DNA of 64,000 nt from Geosiphon pyriformis uo1 (Eukaryota > Fungi > Glomeromycota): assembly GCA_016748015.1 (NCBI GenBank), contig JAAOMT010000436.1, forward strand, positions 1,486,847-1,550,846. Reading direction: 5' to 3'. Shown here one piece after another: positions 25,901 through 40,667 of the stretch. Each line of letters starts with the position of its first letter. The stretch's first letter is position 1. A program made the position numbers and the translations under genes. A model generated the notes under the pieces. That model did no database searches and was not told the DNA's origin. It saw nothing but the letters and a program-made list of their open reading frames with translations.

Positions 25901-28900
25901 TTGGATATTATGTGATATTTGTTAAAAAAAATGTTGGTGAAATTAGCTAATAAAATATTTTCTAAACATTAATTTAATAAGTTTTAATGTTTAAAAAACA
26001 GACAGTCTTTAAAATTTTTTGAATTGGAAATACTAATTGCTAAAATTGTTAAAAAGTTCGGCTTAAAAGATATGCTTAAGTTTAATTATTTTGCTAAAAA
26101 ATAATTATTTAAATGGTAAAAAAGCTTTTAAAATTATGAATATAGTTTAAAATAGTAAAAAGTTGATGAATATTCTTAAGTATTTGTTAATAGTTTAGAA
26201 AAAATACAGAAAATTCAAGTTTTATGAATCAAAAACAACTAAGAAAGCATTTATTAGGAAAGCAATTAAGAAGTACATAAAAGATTTTTGTTCTAATAAA
26301 AAAAGTATAATAAGCAGTATTTTGGATTGGTCTTTCCACAAAAAAGTTTTGAATTACTTGGTAGTAGATAGTAAGTTGGTTTTAAAACCAAAAAAAATAA
26401 AGGTTAATGTTGATAAGATTATAAAAAATTGAACAAAAAAGCAAGTAGTGTTTATAGTAATGCCAAATCTTTGGGCTTACTAATATAATTAATTAGATTA
26501 TGTAAATAATAATTTTTTTTCTAAAATAATAAAAAAGATTAGTTTAAAAGAGTTAATTGTAGTTATTAATAATCTGCCTAATGATAAAACTGTTGGATTG
26601 TCTAATATCTTTAATAAACTTTGGAAACATAGTGGTAATATTATGATGGGATGTTTTTTGGAACTGTTAAATACATGTTTGTTTTTTGGTAATATCTCTG
26701 TTCTATGGAAAAAAGCATGAATTTTAATAATTTTTAAGCTTTATAAATAAAATAAAGTTTTAATAAACACTTAACCTATTATATTAATTGAAACAGCCAA
26801 GAAAATTTTTTTCAAGATTCTTTCTAATTGAATTTCATCTGTATATAGTAAATATGATGTTCTTTAAAGTGATAATTTGTTGGGATTAAAGAGTATTTCG
26901 ACTTAATTTTCTGTATTTACTATTAGGTTTATGATTAAAAATGCTTTAAAAAAGAATATAAAATGTAATTGGTTTTATAAAACATGCATAAAACATATGA
27001 TTTGATTAGATAGTATTATTTAAGAACTAATTTATGACAAATTAAGATATGTAATTGGTTTATTAAATTTTTTGGCAGTATATATAAAAAAGAATCAACA
27101 GAATGATAACTAATTTTGGTTTTTTAAATAGCTATAAGATACATAATAAGTTGAATCAGAATGAAATTTTCTTACCTTTTTTTTGGAGAATTTTTTATAA
27201 TTTACTCTTATGTGAGGTTAAAAAACATAAATATTTGTGTGAATACTAAATTAATACTAAGTTTGTAACTAAAACAGACAAAATTGAGAATAATAGTAAA
27301 TAATGTTTTTTTTGCTGCTAATGTATTTGTGAATAACACAATTTGAGTTAGAAATAGTCAGACTTCTATACAATATGCTTTGAACATTACTAAAAAAATT
27401 TTTATAATCAATAACATTTCAATAAACAATAAAAAATAGTAACTATTTCTATCAATTAGAGTGTTAAAATTGCTTTTTTAAAAATTAGTGACTTGCCAAT
27501 TTCAATTGCCAAAAAAAATAAAATATACAGATACTTGAAAATTTTTTTGTTAACTAAAAAGTTGTTTAAGTCAAGTCTAGTTAAGACTTATTTTGATGTT
27601 CAATTTTTTGTTAATATAATACTTAGAAAAGCTATTACAAATAAACAATTCTCTTTTTTGGTGTCAGCTGTTTTGCAGTTTATTGTTAGTTATAGATTTT
27701 AGTTTAGTTTTGTCTTATTTAATATGTGTTATAAGTAGAATGTTATAATTAAAAAGAGTCTTAGATTTAAAGCCAATTTGCTATATGATTTCTTTAGTAA
27801 AATATTGTATTACTTTTTTCTTTATGACTTAAAGTTATTTAAACAAATACAGACTGAAAATAAATTGGCTTTTATAATAAATTTTTAATGCTTTAAGTAT
27901 TTTGAGTGTTTGTTTTATTACAGACTTTTGAGTTTAGAGGTTTTATACTATGTTCTATAAAGTTATACATTAGTTCTGTTAATAATTTTTTAGTTAAGAT
28001 AATAAGAATTTTTTTAGCCAATTATTTGTTTTTAAGTAACAATTTGTCTAGCATATTTTGTGATCTTAAAAATTTTTTGATGTTTATATTTTGGGAAAGT
28101 TTTTGTATTACAATTCAGTTTGTTTTTTAAAGAAGTTTGAAATAGCATTTGGTAATAGATTTTTGAACAAAAAAAACAATATTATAAATTAAAAAACATT
28201 TTGTTATTGAAAAAAGTTGGATCTTAAAAGCTTTATACTATTTTGGTTCAAATTAATATTGAAGTTTTTTCATAATAATAAAGCACTGTTTGTTAATTCT
28301 GCTTAAATTAGCATGTTATATGGCTTAAATGTTCTGAAATCTAATAAGTTTTTTAATGTGCATAAATACTTGTATAAGATTTGGTCTAATGTTTTTGAGA
28401 TATATACAGATGGTTTTTTGAAAAACATAAATTCTGCTAAGATTGTCAATAAGACTGCTGTATATTTTTTGGCTGTAAATATAAGTATTAAAATTGGAGT
28501 AAGTGGTCTTTTGTTATCAACTTTGGCTGAATTGTAGACTGTTATATTATTTTTGGAGTGTGTTTCTTTATCTTGTACAATAGTTTTGTATCTGAATAGC
28601 CAAGTAGCTATTGATGCTTGTATTGCTAAAAAAGATTTTGTGGTGCCAAATTTTTGCAATTATTATTGAATGAAAAGAAAACATATTGCAAATTTGATAT
28701 AAAATAAAGATTTTTTAGTCAAGTAAATAAAAGTCAAGAGTTATTTAAAAATTTCAGACAATAAAAAAACAGATCAAATAACAGACAAGACTGCTGATTT
28801 TTATTTGTTTTTGCCAAGTATAGTATATAAACATTATATTATGGCTAATAATATGGTTGTTTCTGGCAATACTCACTATTTTGTTTATAATATGTATTAA

Positions 28901-29819
28901 TTTATTTGTTATACTTGATAAAAAATTAGTTTTGATTATAAAATAATATTAAATATTTTAATTAAAGACATAGATTGGCTGTTTATTGCAAAAATATGGC
29001 ACTTTAATCCGCATATGTTGTTTGAATTTATTAGTAAAAAGTTTGCCAATCTGTATACATACTTAATAAAAATCATATATAAACTGTTAATGACAATTAA
29101 GAAAAAATTGTATAATAAAATATATCCAAATGTATTGTATTTATTGTATAGTAAAATAGAACTTCTAGATTATATCTTTATTTGTGCCAAAAATACTGAA
29201 TTTCGTGAAAAAATACTGTTAGAGCTATTAAATCTTTAGAGATTATTGGCTAATATCTGCACTTTTTTTTTTTTCTTTTTTTGTATTAGATATTTTATCT
29301 AAGTGCTTATTAAATATAAATCTGTATATTATGATTTGCAAAAATTTTGTGTTGAGAGATTGGTATGTTAAGGCATTAGTAATTTTTAAAACCAAAAAAA
29401 AAGCATTAGCAATAGTTATTATATTTATAAATTGGCTAGTAAAAAAATATTGTTTTGTAGTATAATTGATAAATTTAAATTTAAAACTAAAATAAAAAAA
29501 CTGGTTTAATAAGAAATGATAATATAATGTCTGGTCTAATTAGTAACTTGGTGACTGAATTGTCAAATATTGTAGTCTAATTTCTTAGTATTATTAAATT
29601 TTTTGTAGTTTGTTTTAGTAAATGTAAATTATGTTCTTTTTTTTCTGATTTAAATAATAATATTAAAGTTTTTATAAATATGTAGTATTGTTTTGTCTGA
29701 CTTGAATAGCTAATTATATGTAATAAGTATATAAGTTGCATCTAATCTAAGTTATTTAGTTTAATTTTATATACTAAATAGTAATTGAACTTTACTCATT
29801 AATTACAAATAAAAAAAAA
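23000..29819 (+). mobile_element. Full-length LINE D, heavily decayed, ORF1 of the LINE B type
   Basis: Collinear with LINE B: similar 5' end (CAAATTCTCCAAAGAGCA), ORF1 remnants, ORF2 ~25028-29685 (FVNNT, YTDGF, AEL), shared 3' UTR and A-tail at 29811-29819. Confidence 0.88.
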
Positions 29820-29950
29820 TATATTAAATATTATTATTAATTAATAATTTAATTTATATAATATATAAATATAACTAAATATAATAATTAGATTATACAA
29901 TATTTTAAACTATATAATATTTAAAAGTTTGTTAAAATATTTAATAGTTT

Positions 29951-32900
29951 TTTTTATTATTATAAGATTTATGAGTAAAACCCAATTGCTATTTAATATA
30001 TAGATTCAAACTAAATGGCTTAAACTAAATACAGCTTATGCTCTTACTATATATAACCAGTTATTTAAACTGAACAAGACAACATTATATATCTATGCTA
30101 ATAAACAAAACACTGTTTAAATCAGAAAAAAATAACATATTTTGCACTTACTAAAACTAACAGCAAAATATTTTACAACACTAAACATACAAACCATTTT
30201 ATCTAACAACATAAACACTATATATTAAGACAAACCTGAAATCACACTATTATTTTTGACCAACCCAGTCTTTTCTATATTCATTTTATGTTTGGATTTA
30301 ACAAATCACATCTTAATGTGATGCAACTCTACCACAAACTTCATGTATTTGATAAAAACCAGAACAGCCTTTCCTTTCTTATCAAAAACTAAAACAGTTT
30401 TAGCATATTAATCTCTTAATACAAGACTCTTACAAACTACAATATACAGATTTATGTTTAAAGTACACAATGAAAATAAACACAAAATAGCAGAAGTTGA
30501 CAAACAAAAAGAGCCCATCAATAACACCTATCTCTTAGCAGCCTTAGCCAAAACATTTTTACAGAAACCAATATTACTAGTACAAGTAAAAACATGATCA
30601 GATATTTCTACTTTACTACATAGCAAATATAATACTTCAAAATAACTCTTGTCATATAATCTCTTTCTAACTGCTATTGATAGCTATCTATGTATTACTT
30701 TCATCAAATACATATGCAGATTAGCTGATTTTTTACTAGTAAACTTTAAGAGCATATGCAAATTAGATTGTCAGATCTTTATAGTAGCAGTCCAATTTAT
30801 CTTCCTAATTATAATACTTGAAACTATGTTATAATTAGGACTGGTCTCCTAATGAGTACAGCAAATTAACTAATACAGATTGCAGACAAATGATAAGTAT
30901 TATTAGATACAGTTGTATTCTTAGTTATCAAAAACTATTCTTGAATTCCAACTGGCAAAAAAGAAGAAAAAAAAGTGGTTTTACCAATTAATGTATTAGT
31001 CTTAACATTGCTCAGAACCCCTAAATAATCTTTGATCTTCATCTACTTAACTGAAATGTCTTTAATCTTAATAAAATTAGCTATATGTTTTCTTTCAATT
31101 CAAAATTAACTGTAAAAATCAGGCATGGCAAACAAAGTCTCAGATGTATATGCATTAATCACAAATTGGCTGTCCAAATATAAAACCACAACACATAAAG
31201 ATGAAACACATTCTAAAGCCAAAACAACAGCTTATAATTCAACCAAAGTAGAAAACAAAAGTTTATTTATTTTAACACCAATACTCATGTTCAAAACTGG
31301 AAAGTAAGCAGCTGTTTTACTTATTACTATAACAAAACCAACACTTTTTAAAGACCTATCTGTATAGACTTTGATATAATTAGATCAAATCTCCATTAAA
31401 ACACCACATATATCAAAAAATTTCTCAGATTTCAAAACATTTAACATAAGTACTTTGGAAACAGTGGCAAATTTAATCTCTAAAAAAACATTTTTATTTA
31501 TAAACTCAGATATTAGTATAAACTAGCAAAGCACAAGGCCTTTTAAATCCAATTTTTTTTATTATCAAAACATTTTTTAGTTCATTATATTCTCTTTTTT
31601 GTTTAGAAGTCTGTTACCAAACATAACACCAAATTATTTCAAAAAAAAACAGAATTATAATACAAGAGTTGTTCTAAGATACCAAATATTAAAAACCTAT
31701 CCAATTCACAAAAAGCATTAAGCAAATTATTTTGGAAAAAATAACTTATTTTCCAAAAAAAATTTTATTATCTTGGCCAAAAAATTATTTACTGAACTAA
31801 TATGTAATGTTACCGGAGGTTTTTGGTCTCTTTTTAGCTCTTGTATGTTTGTTGTAATGCTGTTAATTCACGATTATGGGAAGTGTTTGAACCTCTAATA
31901 ACTGAATTTATCTTCAAATTATCTTCTATAATTTGAACTACTGGGCTTATAAGTGGAATAACCAATTCCATGCCAGTTACTTTGTATAGTTATGTTGTAG
32001 TAAATATCAACTCTTTCCCAGGAATTGTTCGTCTGGAAGCTCACTAAAAATGTGTAGTTACTTTGCTGTGAAAGTCAACTCTTTTACAAGAATCTTGTCT
32101 GTAGGCTACCCTAATGATTGTAATAAAAAAATAAAAGAAAAATAAAAGAAATGTAAAAGAAATAGAATTCTGTTAAGGGAAACGTTTTCTATTCAGGCCT
32201 GAAGTCACTAACAGTTTACTGAAATTGGTAGCTAATCAATTTCAAAACATTAGTTGGGTTTTTGGAGATTTTCCAAGTGCAATATTTAAAGAAATTGGTT
32301 TTTCGAATTATTTGATATTTTATTTCTTTTTGTGTATGTAGGAATGGTTCTAAGTGATAAATCTAAAGTAAGATACATTTTTTTGAAGAGAAAAGCTCTT
32401 CTTTTATATAACTTGTTGTAACACTATTCTATAAACTTGAACTTTGCTCTTTTCTACAATTTCACTGAACTAAAGATACATTTTGGCAAACTACAAGTTA
32501 TTTCTGCGAATTATTAGATATTTCGGTAAACTATCAATTATTTTGGTAAATTTTTACAAATTTTGGCGAACTTTTGAATGTTACATATTTCAGGGTATTG
32601 CATGATTGATCATTGCACTTAGGTTACATTTGTGTTATGTACAAATTGGGTTATTAACTAAATGATAATTTTGGACATTTTGCTAATGTAATAAGTAATA
32701 ATTTGAAATAATAATATATGCTAATTAATGATAAGATTTATAAGAGTAATTTTATGCTAAACAATATCTCTAATTTTGTTTGATAACAGCAACTTGACAA
32801 AAAACTGTAGAGAATTTAAAGAAAACTACACTAGAATTTACAAATCCAAAAAATCTATGCTCAAATAACCACCCAAAAATACCATGAATATTGGAAAAAA

Positions 32901-35900
32901 AAACCAGCAAAGTCAATTTTTTTTCAAACTGCATTTGCTCAAAAAGTTTCAAATCATACAAAGATAAATAATACAAAATTTTATTAGAAAAGTCACATGG
33001 TAAACTAGTTTTAATTCTAAGATTTTTTCTGATTATAACATTTTACTTGTAACATACATCTAATAAAACAAAACTAAACTGCATCTAATAGCTAACTATA
33101 GACTGAAAAACAGCTGAAACCAAATAAGAAAATTGTTTATTCATAATAATCTTTCTTAATATTACATTAGAAAAGAACCTAATATTTACATAAACCTAAA
33201 CCAAACTGAACTTAGAGAAACTTTCAATAAACAAAAAAATGTCCAAATATCTGTATAATTCATATTTTTTAATAATTAAAATTGGTAAACCATTAATCAA
33301 CAGTGATGCAGTCTTAACACTTTAATTAATAAGAATTATCACTGTTTTATCATTATTAATCAAAATATTATTGATATCAAAAAACTTACTGGCAATATTC
33401 AAAATGTATTGTAAAGAAGCTTGACTACTTCCGACCCAAATTGTATTATCAACAAAGATATTAGCAGTTAAAAAAGAAGTTCTTCCTCTAACAGTCTTAA
33501 TTCTGCCAGTTTTTACCACAAATCTAGTATCAATTCAGTATCTATTCAAGTGTTTATGTCTCTTTACTTTATACAAAAATGGATCATAAAAAATTTTTTA
33601 AAGGAGTGGAGAAAAAATCTTACCCTAATTCAAATTATTATACACTCTATAACCATTTAAGAGTTCAAAATCTGTCATTATTCTGTTGATTTAATTTTCA
33701 TAAATACTACCAAAAAACTTGATAAACTGACTGCATATTTTAATATAATACAAACTAACTCTTAAATGATGCTAGTCTAGTAAATCATAAGCTTTGTGCA
33801 TATCTTGCAATATCAAGCAAAGTTTTTTATTCTTTTTTAGAACATCTTTAACAACTAATCCAATAGCAAAAATTTGGGACTGAGTTGAAGTACCCTTTAA
33901 CATTGAAAAATTATTACCACAAAAAATGTCAAATTTGTTGCATGCTAATAATATCTGATCAGCAAAGATCTTAAATAAAATTTTCCAGGCTGTTTCAATA
34001 AGTACAATAAGTTTAGTATTCATTAAAATACTATTCTATTCATAAAGTTTTGGGATCATCAAAACCCATGCTCTTTTCCAAAAAATTGGAATTATACCCA
34101 AAGTCATACATAAATTCAGCAGTCTCAAAAAACAAACTAACATTTTTTCATCACAATGTTTCCAAAATTCATTAAGTATTTCTGACAAACTAACAGTCTT
34201 ATTATTTGGCAAATTATTAACAACCAAAAACAACTCTTCTATATTAATTTTTTTTATCACACCAAAAAAAGCATTATTATTCACATAATCTAAAGACATA
34301 TATTGATAAAACTAAAGATTAAGTATCTTTGGAAGCACTAACTGCTTTTTTGTCCACTTTTTTATGATTTTATCTACCTTAAGCTTTATTTTATTAGACT
34401 CAATCACTAATTTATCTTTTACTACCAAGTGATTCAAAACAATCTTGTAAAATAAATATTCTAAATGTTTTTTATTATTTACTTTTTATTAGAACATAAA
34501 TTTTCCATATTACAGTCAATTATCTTCTTAATAACTGCATTCTTAGATGTTTTTGACTCATAATATTTAAATTTCTAATATTTTTTCTCTATTATTAACA
34601 AATACTTAACCAAATCTATTAAACTTATATTATTTAGAATTATGTTAGCAACCTTAGACATCTTAACTTTATCAAAAGCCAATCAAATCTTAATAAGATA
34701 GTCAAAATCCAAAAGATTTCCAGAATTTCAGACTCTTACAATCTTTGCAATAAGCAGTTCTAATTTAAAAAATTTTGAAGATTGTTTGTTTCTTGAACAA
34801 TTATATTTGCTATATCAATATTTAGAAAACACTATATTAGTAGTTTATACTATGGCATTTTTTAGCATTATCCATATTATATCCAAATTACTATTGCTTT
34901 TTACATACTCAAACAAGCAACTCAATGAAAGACTGCTTTTTAAAATACAACTATTAGGTTTCATCTGTATTTTTCAACTTGAACTTTTACCAATTCTAAT
35001 TGGCTTGTTTATAAATACTGTTAAGATAAGTATTTAGAAGTCTACTTAAACCAATTATGATTAAAATTGTCTTATGATTCATATTAAAAAACTCTGATAC
35101 ACAATCAACTTTATGATATGTAATTACAGATACCAAGTTTTCATTCACAAAAATAAAATCTAGCATCTTTTTAACTCTTTTAAAATTGCTTCAAATAGAA
35201 GTATTGATCAATAAATGTTTATTAAAGATATTAACCAGACCCAAATTCAAGCAAAACTTGAAACTTGCACTCTTTTTAGATTCATTTTTATTAAAGTTAC
35301 CACTCAAAACTGTGAAAAGACTAGAATTAACTGTTTTAGAAATTATGAAGTTGATATTACAAGCTTGGCCAAAATGCACACCAATAAATGCACCAATATA
35401 TAAATCCAAAATCATAATTAAAAGCTTGCTCTTAAACAGAAGACATATAAAAATTAGCCAATCCAGAATTTTGTCTACCTTTAAAATATGTTGAATCAAA
35501 AAATTGTTCATAATTATGACAATTTCAGCATTGAGAAAACCTACACCCAAATCAGAAATAAAAATTCGAATCTCATCAAACTTATTCATAATTTATGGTC
35601 TAATATTAAACCTTAATTTTGTTTTAATAATAATAGAAATTATATTATCTGAATTTTTATGTCATTAAACAATCTTTTTCTGTTTTGCAAAGACATTAAT
35701 ACTTTGAATATTATATGTAGCAAATTTCCAAACTAGATCTGTTATTAAGAAGAAAAATCTTTTCTACTCAAATCCACATTGTCTATTTTGGCCATTAGAC
35801 CTATAACTGTGTCTAATAAATTGTTCAAAGTTTCTTCTAATTTTGAAACAATTAAAGAACTAATACTTACCATTTTTGTAACAGTCTTATTATTAGTGAC

Positions 35901-37672
35901 TACATCCAAACTCTTACTTATTACTGTATCTGCTCTTTGATTCTGTGATGAAAAAATAACCAACAGCTAACATTTAGAATTAAGCTATAAAACTTTTGGC
36001 TTAAGCACATTTAATTTCTTAATTAGCTTACCAACTCGTTCTATAAGACTGGTAAGACTGTGCTTAAAAGTAGCAAACCTATTATCTATTTCATTAAGCA
36101 CAAGCAAAAGAGACTTCATCTTTGAAGAGGAGCCAAAATTCAATGAATAATTATATAAAAGAATTGAAAAAAAAGATTTATTAATAATTTTAACTTAAAA
36201 AACACCATTAAAAACAACTGAATAAGCAATAAAAGCTGAGTGTTTAGTATAAATAACTGCCAGTCTGCTTTTATTAGTGTTTAAAAAAACTTTTTAAAAA
36301 AAACACCAGAGAATGAATTCTTATTTACAGTACAGTTTAATAACATCTGACTCATATTTCCATATTTTGCATACTTAACATAACTCAAACAAAACCAATA
36401 AAAATTAGTGCCTTTTAAAACTAAAATAATATCTATAGTAGTATTTAAAAACTTAGTAAAGTCCAAACAAACAATTGTATATCTGGTCCAAACATAAGTA
36501 ATTGGATGACAGTCAATAACACAAGTTTTCTCATTTACTAAAATAATGTAATTCCAAATATTATGTGCATTTGTTCTTATCAACAAAATATACAATAGTG
36601 GCTTAGGACTGTTTTTTACATCCCATAATTCTTTTTTTTTATCAGACTTAGCAATATGTACTGCATCTTTCTCAATAAAAATAGATCATTTAGCTATGAC
36701 CAACTCAGCATAATCAATTTGTTCAAATTCAATCATAGCTTTTTGTTAAAATCTTATTAACTATATCTTAATTGACTTAATTAGTCCAAATTCAGAAAAC
36801 ATAGTATACACAATTTTAGCTAATATTCTAATTGGAATTTTTTTCACAACTGCAGTCCAATTTAAATGCTTAGCAAATTTTTTGAGATTAATATTTATCA
36901 TAATTATCGTCTTTTTTATTATATCAGAAGCCTAAGCCAAGTTTGTTTTGAAAGAAAATGTTGCTCTGATAATTTCAGCAAATTTTGAAAAAATAGAAGC
37001 CTCTCTAAAACCATTGATTTTTGAAAATAATTTTCTGACCATCATTAACTTTTCTTAAGAAGACTTTTCAATTATTTTATTTAAACTAATATTAAGAGCA
37101 AATAACTTTTTAACAAGAACATTAACCAAAATTTTCAAAAAAAAAAGAAAAACTAGGGAAGCATCCAATAAGATATTATTATCATCATTATTACTTAAGA
37201 AATTAATCTTTTCTAGCAGTTTTTCTAAAGTTTGTTTGGTTTTAATTCACAAGTTTTTTGAAGTTTGATTGGTATTTTTATTATCAAAAACATTACTTTC
37301 TTCATAATCAATACTGGTTTTTTTAATCAAACACTCTTTTTCTATGTTTATACTCTTAGATTTAGTAGTATTATCAGTATTTAAGCCTTAAAAACAACCA
37401 CTAAACTCTTTTTTAAAAGTGCTCTTTATATCAAAAATATCTTTTAAAACACTGCCTTTTTTTTTTTGATAATACAGGTTTAGTATTCATAAGTAGGCAA
37501 GAATTCTTAACAGACTTTTTCAAAACAGCAATATTAAAGCCAATAGTGATCTCAAAATCAAGCAAAAACAGTTTAAATTTATTGTATTAAATAATAAAAA
37601 ACTTCTTTTAAAAGACTTTTTTTTTAACTTTTTTTGAGAATTTGGGACAAAGGAGAAAAAGAAATTTTTATT
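29951..37672 (-). mobile_element. Full-length LINE E, decayed, with a different ORF1 type, interrupted by a solo LTR
   Basis: Poly(T) and 3' UTR at ~29948-30088. ORF2 remnants (QDMHKAYD, IFVDNT) and ORF1 remnants (e.g. 36281..36595). Candidate TSD TTTAATAGTTT at 29940-29950 and 37673-37683. Tail-to-tail with LINE D. Confidence 0.88.
31808..32788. mobile_element. Solo LTR (981 bp) inserted in LINE E
   Basis: TGTTACC...GATAACA termini. Flanks GTAA/GCAA form a 4-bp TSD with one transition. LINE E sequence resumes in register after it. It retains several CpGs. Confidence 0.85.
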
Positions 37673-38342
37673 TTTAATAGTTTGTAAAAATAACTTATAA
37701 TTTATTAAAATATATTTTTAGTTTACCAAAATATTAACAAAAAAAAATTATAAAATTATAAAATAATATTAATATAAATTATATAAAAAAAAAGTTTTTT
37801 TCTTTAAAATTATTCTTAATAATTAATAAAATAAAATCTACTTTAAAATCCAAAACTTTTTTTATAAGTATTATTATTTAAGATTTATAAATTATAATTA
37901 ATATTTTAAAATTGATTAATTATTAATTTTAATAATTACTTAATTAATTTTAAATTTAAATTAAAAACAATTTTTTATATATAATTAAATAATTTACAAT
38001 TAAGATTTTTTGTAAAAGTTAATTTTACAAGAAACTAATTATATATTATTAAGAAATTTATAATTAAGATTTCTTTTAAAAAAGTTGATTTTTACTGCAA
38101 AATAATTACACAAAGTAATTAATACAGATTTAATTATTCTATATTAAGTTTAATAACAACAATAGTTCAAAGTATAGAAAAAAAATTTAAAGATAAATTA
38201 ACTTATTGAAAATTTATTAGCTTTTATTAACAATAGAATTAATAACAAAATAATATTAACAATATTACAAAAAATATCAATTTATTAATCTTAAAAACTG
38301 TATAATTAGAAAAAATTTTAATCAATTTAGTTTTAAACATAT

Positions 38343-38719
38343 TATTATAATTTAAACTTTTAATTTTTAGTTTTTATTTATTTATTTAGTTATAGTTAAT
38401 TATATATATTAACTATTAATATTATTAATTTAATTAATAACTTAATTGTTAACTTGGTCATTAACTTAATTATTGATTTAATTATTACCTGAATTATTAA
38501 TGTAAATACTAACTTAATTATTGATTTTTTTTTAAAAGTATATAAGTAAGACTTTTTAAAACTGTAAAAAAGCATTTATACTTAAATCTTTACTTAGATA
38601 AATACAATAATATTAACTTTTTCTTTTTTTTTACTGTTTTTTTTTCTTTTTTTTCTTGATTTATATAATTATTAGTTTTTGTAAAGTATATTAAATAAAA
38701 TATTTACTAAAAAATATAA
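38343..38719 (+). repeat. Truncated, decayed LTR of Gypsy family 2
   Basis: Aligns with the LTRs at 59185-61858 (+) and 58049-58720 (-), including the ~12-bp internal tandem repeats. Homology stops at ~38719. Confidence 0.75.
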
Positions 38720-39510
38720 AATTAATTAACTTTAATAGAGATATCAAAAGTTGTGTTTGTTATGCGGCAAGTAATTATCAGTTGACCTATATAAAAAATT
38801 TATAAGTGATCGCCAGAATTTAAATTTAAATTCAGAGAATTGAAGAATTTTAATCATAATTACGTTAATTTTTATATGGTATTTTTTAATAAACTGGATT
38901 CTTCCTAAATAATAACTATATAAATTAGTTAGAGTTATGTTGCGGGTCTAAAATATTTGGCCAATAAGACCCTAAATCTGTAGATTATAAAAGCTCTATA
39001 AAAAAGAGAGTATTAATAAATCCTATAAATGGGATTAGATAAAATGCATAATATTAAGAGTATTCGATAGAAGCACATTGTAAAGGTTTTAAAACTTATC
39101 AAAGCATTTTATTGATTGCATCTTATTGCGACATTGGTAGAAATTTCTTGTATCTACCGCCTCTGAGACATTTACCCAATTTTTCCCATATTTTCCAAAT
39201 GCTTCTTTTAAATTTTTTATCTCTACTGAGTTCCATTTCCCCTTATTATAATAGTTTTGAACTTTTGGTGAGTAACGACAATGAACTTTTATCTGCCGTA
39301 AGGATCTTCCCGGAATTAATAGCTGTATTTGTTCCCAATTCTCACCATGATTTTGAAAAGCTTTAGCTAATTCATTAAATTCTTCCCCAGTCCATCGGCC
39401 CCTTTTGATCCCAGGCGCCAAGAATTCTTCATAGTGTCTGCGAATCACGCTAGGCGGTCTTTGAAGAATACGACTTATATTTGCCCATTTTTTACCATGA
39501 CTCTGCACCA
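38715..39510 (-). repeat. Left arm of an inverted duplication (partner 53236-54032)
   Basis: Near-identical reverse complement covering the MYB 3' half plus ~370 bp of downstream flank, with a few substitutions. Confidence 0.92.
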
Positions 39511-40159
39511 AGCCTAAAAGTTTTTCATCTTCTTGCTTGTTCCATGGGCCGCGTTTTGGTTGTGCTAAAACATTATTATATCGTCGACATAAATCTTCAT
39601 TACTTCTTCCAGGGAAATGGCCAGTTGATAAAATAGTTTTCCATTCAACTTTTCCATTATTTAAATGTTTTTTGGCAGCTAAGCATAGCTCTTTATCTTC
39701 TTCAGGTGTCCACTTTTTTAATTTTCGTACAAATTTTCGATTAATAATTGCTCCATTAGCTGTTAAGTGATACCATTACACTGAAGGGAATTTGCTGTTC
39801 TTGATGAAAAATATTTTTGTGAAATTAATTCCCATTTTGAACCATATGCTTGTTGTGCTTCAAAAAGGACTCTCATTTCTTCAAAGCTCCATTTTCGACA
39901 ATGTTTCTGGCAGAAAATTTTTTTATCACTTAATATAGCGCTTTTATTATTTCCTAGCATTTGACTTATTGACGATAAACTATTCCAGGGAAGTGTCAGC
40001 TATTAGTTAGAATCAAGTCAAACATTTCAAGATGGGTTAAAAGTTTTCTCCCAAAACGGGTTTTCAGGAAGATTAGTAGCGGCTTACATTTAATTTCCTT
40101 AAAGTTAACCATATGTAAATAGTGAAACATGTTATATTTTTAGTTTGTGATTTTAACAT
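39089..40159 (-). pseudogene. Five-repeat MYB gene, copy 1 (chimeric, frameshifted)
   Basis: Exon 1 40159-40088, intron 40087-40000 (GTAAGC...AATAG), exon 2 from 39999. A 1-nt deletion near 39777 (TGTAATGG versus TGTAAATGG in copy 3) breaks repeat 1; the frame is open after it. Confidence 0.85.
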
Positions 40160-40397
40160 GATATCATGAGGAAGTAAGAAAAAATGTTTTTCCAATCTCT
40201 ATTTTATATTCGTAGCGATATGGCCGATCTTGCTTAATCAATCATCATCAGATAAATTTGAGATTTTTCACGTGGGGAGTTAGCAATTTAGCAATATTTT
40301 TTAGATATTTAAAAGGTTTCAAATGATATTATAAAATGTTCTTCTATCATTGGAGTTAATTTCAAAAGTTAGACTATTATCTTTAGGTGATATTCTA

Positions 40398-40399
<2 letters not shown>

Positions 40400-40455
<56 letters not shown>

Positions 40456-40467
40456 GTTGTTGTTGTT
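40400..40467. repeat. (TTA)n microsatellite grading into (TTG)n
   Basis: Directly visible ~240 bp upstream of MYB copy 1. Confidence 0.95.
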
Positions 40468-40667
40468 TTTATTAAAGACTTATCCAATTTTAACCTATTT
40501 AAAGGTTAAAATCCCTAAAATAAGTATTAAAATACTCATATATTTCACATTATTATAATAAATAAATTGTTTAAATTTTTATATATAATTTTCAAAACCA
40601 TTTATTATTTTGTAATAAAAGAGTTTTATCATGGTATTTTTAAACACATTAAAACTACAATGATTAA

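Noticed and set aside
104-37600. Numerous short ORFs antisense to TE reading frames
   Set aside because: All overlap recognisable gag, ORF1, ORF2 or transposase remnants on the other strand.
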